Origin: the human T2T-CHM13v2.0 reference genome, Homo sapiens
Strand: one strand, 5' to 3'
DNA: 64,000 bases
NCBI RefSeq assembly: GCF_009914755.1
Contig: NC_060935.1
Shown here in pieces: positions 56,581 to 64,000 of the stretch (the stretch's first letter is position 1; each line of letters opens with the position of its first letter). The position numbers and the translations under genes are program-made. Below the pieces are notes generated by a model. That model was not told the origin of the DNA, searched no databases, and saw nothing but the letters and a program-made list of their open reading frames with translations.

Positions 56581-58739
56581 TTGGAAAAAAAAAAACTTTC
56601 CATGGTTTCTTATTCAATTGCCATAGATTTTGTTTTTGTTTTGTTTTGTTTTGTTTTGCTATTAACTATCATATTTGCTCAGGCTTGAACAACAGCACTG
56701 TTAGTGAAGTCATAGCCAGAAGATGAGGATGAGGTGAGTAGTCAGCCATTTTCACGTGTTCGATAGTTAACAAGTTTGGATTCAAGTGATGTTATGTGAA
56801 TCATCTGTTTTTATGCTTTGAATTTTACATATACACTATGTAACATAGAAAGAGTGGTGTTGAAGAAAGAATGCTAAGTAAATACAAAAAGTGGACCCCC
56901 ATCCCAAATGCACCACTTTGGGCAAGAAATCTACTCTCTGTGGAGCTCAATTTTTGCATTTGTAAAGTAAATAGCCTGAACTAAGTGACTTCAGGGTTCT
57001 TTCGATACTTAATGTACATAGTTTTATAAAATAAAGTAATAGAAGGAAAACTTAAATCACAGGTTATGAACTTCAGATTGCAAAGATGAACAGATGGAAT
57101 GAGGATAAAATAGACAATTTTAATGACAAAACTTTATGACAAGCCTCAGATAAATTTGCCTGGCAGAATCGATCTATATAAAAATCAATCTATACTTGTG
57201 GAAAGAAAAGTGAGAAAAATTGAACACCAAGGAATTCATGATATATCACAATCATTTTTTGACTACAGGGACATCAATTTTCTGTAATTGCTTATACAAG
57301 TCACTGACAGATGCTTAATGTATTAAAAATTCATAAATTTTTCCAAACCACATTTTATTTTTTGACTGCAGACTTTTTGATGCGTTTAACAGGGGCCTTC
57401 AATGGATATAAAGAGGACTTCTGTTTTGTTTTGTTTTAATTTTTATTTATTTATTTTTTGCTTTATTTGAAGGTTTTTCAAAGAAAGGTAGAAAACCTGC
57501 ATTGGAAGAGTGAAGCAGTTCATATATTACTTTGAACAGAAACAGAAGGGAAATGGGAAAAAATTTAGAAAATAAAGGAAAGAATGTCCTTTCCATTAAG
57601 AATTTTCTGAAAGGTTGTTGTTTTCTAAGACAGTAAAGGAGGCCAAGATCCTTCAAGAGGAAGCAGGAATGCAGTGTTCTTCAAAATTATCTAGCCAGAA
57701 GTCTGGAGCTTCCCTGGTTTTCAGGCTTGCTAAATTCCATAGAGGTTCAGTTTTTTCCTTGAGTCTGTGAAACGCTTCAACATTCTTGAAACAAAAAACT
57801 TCTTATTTTTAATAATAAAAATATTGTGTTAAATTCTGTGTTTTGTTTTTTGTTTGTATGTTTGGTTGCTATAATTAGATGAATTACAAAAATGAGACCT
57901 AAGAAAAAAGCATTAATGCCTACCAGAAGATTTGTCTTGAGTATCTCCGTGGGGATAGAAACTGTAGACATTTGGATTTCAGTTCAATATAAAAAAGAAC
58001 TTTCTTTTACTCAGAATATTACAAAGATGGGCTGAACTGCTTCAAAAAGCAGGTGACAAAACATGAACTGGGTGACCATATCATAATGAAGTTGCAATTA
58101 TAGAGTGGATGCAGCTAATGTTATTGGATTATATTATATATGCTTCTTTTGTTGTTTAAGATACACTGAAGAGAAATAAATTTGCATTTATATGGTAAAG
58201 AGGTCAGTTTATGAGCATTGCCAAATAACAAACTTACTGTTTAAAAGGAGAAAAGTTATGGATACAAAAGGCCCTTTCATCCATCACTATATATACAGCT
58301 TTAACAATTCAGGAACTAGCAAAAAATTCTGTAATAATGTCATTATAACTTTGCTGGGTCATGAACTTAATGCACCAAAAGAGGCTGTTTGAGAATAAGC
58401 CTTGCTTATCTCATACCATTGATATGCACTGAACTTTCTTTTTCTGCATGCAGTAGTTTTCTTTATGTGTCTGAGAGTTTCATTGTTTTTTTTTCAGCTA
58501 GACTTTACAGCCATTTAAGGAAGAGTGTATGTTTTAATGATTGAAGGAATTTAAAATCCATTACTGTCTCTGAAATTATTTCTCCTTAGTATCAAGAGAT
58601 AATTCTTTTTTGATGATACTCCAAGAAAAATTAGAGCAACAGTTTTGGGTAAAGTTCAGATTATACACCATCAAGCAAAGGGCAAAAAACATGAGATGAG
58701 GTGGTGAAAGGAAATGAGTGTTGTCCTAAAGTAAATAAA

Positions 58740-58900
58740 GGAAATTCAGCTGTGTTTGAACCTGGCTTTCACACTGCATACCTGCATAACTGCAAAAAAG
58801 CAACTTCATCTCTCAGAGCCACCATTTCCTTACATGCACAATTAGGATAATTTCACAACTAGAGCTGTTGTGAAATTTATAGCAAATATTTGAGAAAACT
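58740..58900 (+). mobile_element. MIR
   Basis: tgtgtttgaacctggct...catctctcagagcc..atttcctt...gttgtga. Confidence 0.55.
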
Positions 58901-60262
58901 ATGAATATTACTATTTGTTTATAATTTGAAAATACAAATTATAAACAGATACTAGTTACTTTAGTTAATTTAATAGTCATATCAAACCTATAAGTAACAC
59001 AGGAACTTCAGAGAGCTGGTGATTCAGTGTGAAATATGCTCACAATCTTGTCCTATCTTTCAGAATGTAGAAGAAATTGCTATTAAATCACATGGGCCAC
59101 TACTGGTTGTAGACATATTTGTTTACTGAAGTCACTATTTTTATCCTGGAGTATTTGATTAGCTGTCTTAATCACAGACAGTTCAAAGGAAGAAAATCAA
59201 ATATTTGAACCATAGGGAGAGTTGCCGAGAAACATCAACGCTTCCAGGTGAATAAAGTGGTTATTAGGGTCTAAATGAAATAGTTCAGAACCTCCTCCCA
59301 CCATCACTCTCTACATGCCTACTCCTAATACGTTTTGGAGTCTGGGGGTGTTTGCATTTCTTCTTTCAACTCAGGGATCTACTGGACCTCTCACTCAGGG
59401 TCGACTGCCTCTCATATTGCCTTCACCTGTTCAACCGTTCATAGTTTTCAGTCTTCTCTCAGTAATCCTTTCTCATCTGGTATTTCACAAAATGTTTTGT
59501 TCTGTTTTGTTATTTCCACTTTGATCATCTCATTTGTTTGAGATTCTCTTTGCAAATCTCCTGGGACTTTTTGTTTTGCCCTATCCCTTTCTTTTTCAGC
59601 TTGCATTACTGTTCTGGACATGAGTGCAAAACAAAACACAATAAAGGTTTCAAATAATAACTCACTGAAAATGTTGACATCAGTAATGTAAATTGCCTCT
59701 GTTTTCCCCAATGACAGGTTTCCATCCAGAATCAACAAACCCTCCAAGTTAGAGTAAATTTTTCCTTGTGCTTTAGTTTCTATATATGAAATAAGCCTAT
59801 AATTCTGAAAGGCATTACTGCTTATGAGAGGTGGAAAAGAATTTTTGCAAATCTCATTTTAACATGTGATGATGGCAATTTAGGAGTACCTACTTTTTAG
59901 CCCATTGTTGGTTAATATCTTTCGTAGAAGAGATGACAATTTCTCCTCATTAGGTGCCTTTGCTAGGCTAAGATCAACAATAATTAGCATATTTTTTCAG
60001 CTACTTGGAAAATTTCCAAGTCATTAGCAAAATTATGTGAAATAATCTCCAGGCTAAGATGATCAGACTAGAAGCAGATAGGCATAGTAAAAAGCTTGCT
60101 AAACACAATGAAAATGAAGAGATTATGTTTCTGGAAAGAAAGTTCATATGGACATCTGTTTATTTCCACTTAATCAGTTCAACAACTTGAATTTGGGCCT
60201 AAGAAAATAATTTTTTGTATATTTGATTTTGTCTTTGTTTTCTAATTATGAGATCTTTTTTT

Positions 60263-60677
60263 CTTTTTTTTATTATTATTATACTTTAAGTTTTAGGGTA
60301 CATGTACACAACGTGCAGGTTTGTTACATATGTATACATGTGCCATGTTGGGGTGTGCTGCACCCATTAACTCATCATTAGCATTAGGTATATCTCCTAA
60401 TGCTCTCCGTCCCCTCTTCCCCCACTCCACAACAGTCCCCGGGTACACTGTTGGTGGGACTGTAAACTAGTTCAACCATTGTGGTGTGGCGATTCCTCAG
60501 GGATCTAGAACTAGAAATACCATTTGACCCAGCCATCCCATTACTGCGTATATACCCAAAGGATTATAAATCATGCTGCTATAAAGACACATGCACACGT
60601 ATGTTTGTTGCAGCACTATTCACAATAGCAAAGACTTGGAACCAACCCAAACGTCCAACAATGATAGACTGGATTAA
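60263..60677 (-). mobile_element. Short L1PA4-like insertion with 5' inversion
   Basis: Poly-T and antisense 3'UTR to ~60444, then sense ORF2-end fragment; TSD gagatc(t/a)ttt(t/g)tt at 60250-60262 and 60678-60690. Confidence 0.9.
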
Positions 60678-60848
60678 GAGATCATTTGTTTTAACTTTGA
60701 TTATATGAGGTGATGAATGTCTCCTCAGGTTCCCTAATTCTTTACCTTTCACAGGTTAGCCATGCTTAGAGATCTCAGTATGGACTGATTTAGTTTTAAC
60801 TGTTTTAACACTTTTAATGACTATTATATCTCAAAAGTTTATACTTTT

Positions 60849-61137
60849 GGCTGGGCGTGGTGGCTTACGCCTGTAATCCCAGCACCTTGGGAGGCCTAGG
60901 CGAGTGAACCACCTGAGGTCAGGAGTTTGAGACCAGCCTGGCCAGCATGGTGAGACCCATCTCTACTAAAAACACAAAAAAAATTACCTGGGTGTGGTGG
61001 GCACCTTTAATGCCAGCTACTTGGGAGGCTGAGGCAGGAGAATCACTTGAAACTGGGAGGCGGAGATTGCGATGAGCCAAGATCGTGCCACTGCACTACA
61101 GCCTGGGCAACAGAGGAGATTCCGTCTCAAAAAAAAA
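60849..61137 (+). mobile_element. AluSx-type SINE
   Basis: Full dimer; degenerate TSD aaaagtttatac/aaaattttatac. Confidence 0.93.
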
Positions 61138-61519
61138 TTTTATACCTTCTGCACCTTTAAATACTTCAGAAGAGCAACAACATATAGGACTGGCTATGAA
61201 AGAGTATAATATTGATTTAAATTTTTGAAGACAAAATTATGAAAAAAATTGATATTAACCTACAAATGGCAAAGCCACCAACCACCTGATAATATGTCTG
61301 TCTCAAATTCAATAGAATTTAAAATCTATTAATTGTCTTAATTTCCTACTTCATTCTATATCATCACTTGCTGTTCTCACGATTCATTTTTCCTATCAGA
61401 AGTGAATGTGAAGTTTGATAATAGTAAGACATGTGTACTCCTTAATTTAATAAATGTGATGTGTACTCCTTAATTTAATGAATATATACAATTCACTTTT
61501 TATATGCTAGGCACATAAA

Positions 61520-62135
61520 TTATATAGCATAACTTGCCTTTCTTTTTCAAACTGTTTCGGCTAGTATAGGACATTAAAATTGCCAATAAATTTTATAGTT
61601 TATCAATGTATTTTTAAAAATCCTGTCAGAATTTTGATTGAGGTCAAGTTGAGTCTATAATAACTTAGGAGAAAATTTACATCTTATTAATGTTGAATCT
61701 TTCAATTCATGGGCCTGGTATGTCTAAGTACTTTTCTTCACTATCATATAGACATACTAAACATAGTAAAAGTACTTGTTAGCTCTATAAGCTTCCATTT
61801 TTTTATTCCCTAGGATTTTTCTTTACATGGAAAAACATGTTATCTGCAAACAGAAACACTTTGTTTCTTCCTTTTTGAAAGACCATGTCATCTGAAAAGA
61901 GAAACTTTTATTACTTCCTATGTAACCTTTACGGTTCTTGCATTAATTTATTAGCTAGGATGTCCAGTGAAAGGTTGAATAGGGTTGGTGAGACTTTCTT
62001 GCCTTGTTCTAGATCTTGGAACAAGAACACTCAGCCTTTCACCATGAGTTATAATGCTACCTGTAAGTTTTCCTTGGATGCCCTTTTTAGATTGAGTTTC
62101 TTTCTATTCTTAATTAGTTAAGAATTTTTATTATC
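61520..62135 (-). mobile_element. Old L1M fragment
   Basis: gaattttgattga...ttatctgcaaacaga...gccttgttct..atctt...cagcctttcacca. Confidence 0.7.
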
Positions 62136-62634
62136 AGCCCCTGAACTGGAACCAAGCGACGAAAAGCAGAAAAAGAAAGTGAGTTAGGGATTGTGGAACT
62201 AAAACCTATTTCTTTGTGATTGCAGTAACTATAGTTTCTATACAAATCTTAAATAATCTGGTTGAACTAGAAATTTCAAGCTATTATTTCCCTGTTTAAA
62301 ATCCTTCATCCATGTATCATCTTCTATAGGATGAAATCTAGTTCACTTTGAATGATGCTTATGGCCCTCAGTACTACGGCCTAGGCCTTCAGCTGCATCT
62401 CATTTCTCTTGATTCTCCTGAATGCATTTCTGCACTCTTGCTGTTTGAGCTATGTGCATTTTTAAAAACATACTATAGCTGTCAACTCTATTTTGTAACT
62501 GCCATTTATTCTGTCTGGAATGCCTTTTTAGTTAGCACTATGGGGAAAACTTCTACTTCCTTAATTTGAAACATTTCTATGAACCAGTCCCAAATCTTCC
62601 AAACCTTATTGTAAACATTTTTTTTCAGTGCACG

Positions 62635-64000
62635 ATGAAGCAGAATATTTCCCTGACCCCTTTGCAGGACTTACGACAGGCGTGCCTCATGTACTCAGCC
62701 CATCACTCTCAATTCCTCGTGGGAGGGAACGTTGGTTGCCCATTCCGAGACAGAGGGAAATAGGCATCCCTAATTTTCTTTCCCTCTTTCAGTGAAAACT
62801 CAGGGTGTAAGCAGAAAGAAAATAGGCATCTCCCTTTTCTCTTCCATCATTTTATTCCTGAGTCCCAGCAACCTTAGATGGATGCCACCCATGGGTGCTA
62901 TTGTGGCCTGCACCTGTGAAGCAGGGAGGGCCTAGAAAATAGGAGTTACCTGCACTCACATACGCCTCCATCCCCCCTACTGCTGGCCACCTTTGGGTTC
63001 CTTAGGGCCTTACCTATGCCATGGAGCATGACTTCCTTCCATGAAGGGGGGGCTTAATCAGCAAGAATTAGTCCTGCCCATTTACACTTTGCTCAGTGTC
63101 TGGCTTTGGATCCCTCGGGTCTCATTTTCCCTTCCTGGGCTTCAACCAAAGTTTACAATTAGTTTGGAAAAAAAGGTGTCTCAGAGGGTGCATGGATTAA
63201 TTTAGATTAAGTCCCAGACGGGCCTTGCCAAATTTGCAGTTATTAGCCAGTGGGGTCACTCCTTTGTTGTTTACCTACCATAAGCAGAGTGCTAAGGTGG
63301 GAAAGAAAACTCTCTCACACAGAAAAGGGAAAAAGAGAAAAACAGCTTAAGTGCAATGCAGGGACTTGCTCTATGCAAATGGGTTCCTTTAATTGTTGTA
63401 TCTTTCCTCTGGACCAAGCTAGACCCCTCAGCCAGGGGAAGAAAGACTCTATGGGAGCATTGCGGGACGGGGACAGTGAGCAGAAAACATTGGCCAACTA
63501 GTCGTGTGAGGTCCCTGGCCCTGAGACTGCCTGGGGCCTTGGAGGCAGCCAGGGTTCTCTCCCGCCCTGCATGGCTGTTGGGCACAGCTGCGGACGTGCC
63601 CAAGAGCCTCAGCCAAGAGAGGAGGAGGCGAGAAGGGGAGCCACTGTGCACGGTGGGCACCTGCAGTTGTTGGGGTTGGGGTCAGGGTCGCACCTCTAAG
63701 AACAAATGGAAATCACATTGTTCTGTATTGCATATCTGGTTGCTGGGCCAAATGCTTATTCTACCTACTAACGTTTCTGCAGTTTGTGGCAAAACCCTTA
63801 ACATTATAAAAGAAGAAATAGGAGCCATTTCAAACTGTGAAAGAAGAAAAGAAAGATACCATAGAAAAGTCTAGGGGTCTTGGCCCATGCCTTAATGGGC
63901 GATCGGGAACAAGGTCCAGTCCAGGAGCCTTCCAGCTACACTGAGGAATGGCCTTGGCTAGATGCCTTCAGTTGCCCCGGGACTTATTCTGGTCCCACGC
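62635..64000 (-). mobile_element. ERV1 remnant: short MER52-like LTR piece fused to internal (HUERS-P3/MER52-int-like) sequence, running off the window
   Basis: gatgaagcagaatatttccctgacccctt...tactcagccc LTR terminus; abrupt GC rise; degraded gag/leader-like sequence with no intact ORF. Confidence 0.6.

Noticed and set aside
58849-58877. 11-bp inverted repeat
   Set aside because: Short, AT-rich and inside a MIR; plausible by chance
63356-63874. 172-aa ORF
   Set aside because: Lies in GC-richer ERV sequence, apparently antisense to it; no recognisable protein motif

Overview
AT-rich, repeat-dense primate genomic DNA, almost certainly human because it carries an AluYb8/9 copy matching the consensus as I recall it. 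It looks intergenic or deep-intronic: I found no host protein-coding exon, CpG island, tRNA or rRNA I can support. All long ORFs are LINE-1, Alu or LTR sequence, or microsatellite artefacts. The main element is a near full-length L1PA3 (~27876-34041, + strand) with disabled ORF1/ORF2, an open and extended antisense ORF0 frame, the ~129-bp ZNF93-target segment, a TSD and a possible short 3' transduction. The window also holds three twin-primed (5'-inverted) L1s, nine Alu/FLAM copies, many solo LTRs, an LTR-int-LTR MLT1 remnant, hAT MITEs, MIR/L2 fragments and an ERV1 fragment running off the right edge. Subfamily names come from recalled consensus sequences, not a database search. I cannot support a new multi-gene biological system. 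The best leads are a 74-nt near-perfect hairpin built on an L2 tail, the extended ORF0, an unusually tiny inverted L1, a probably polymorphic AluYb and a CpG-retaining degenerate palindrome.
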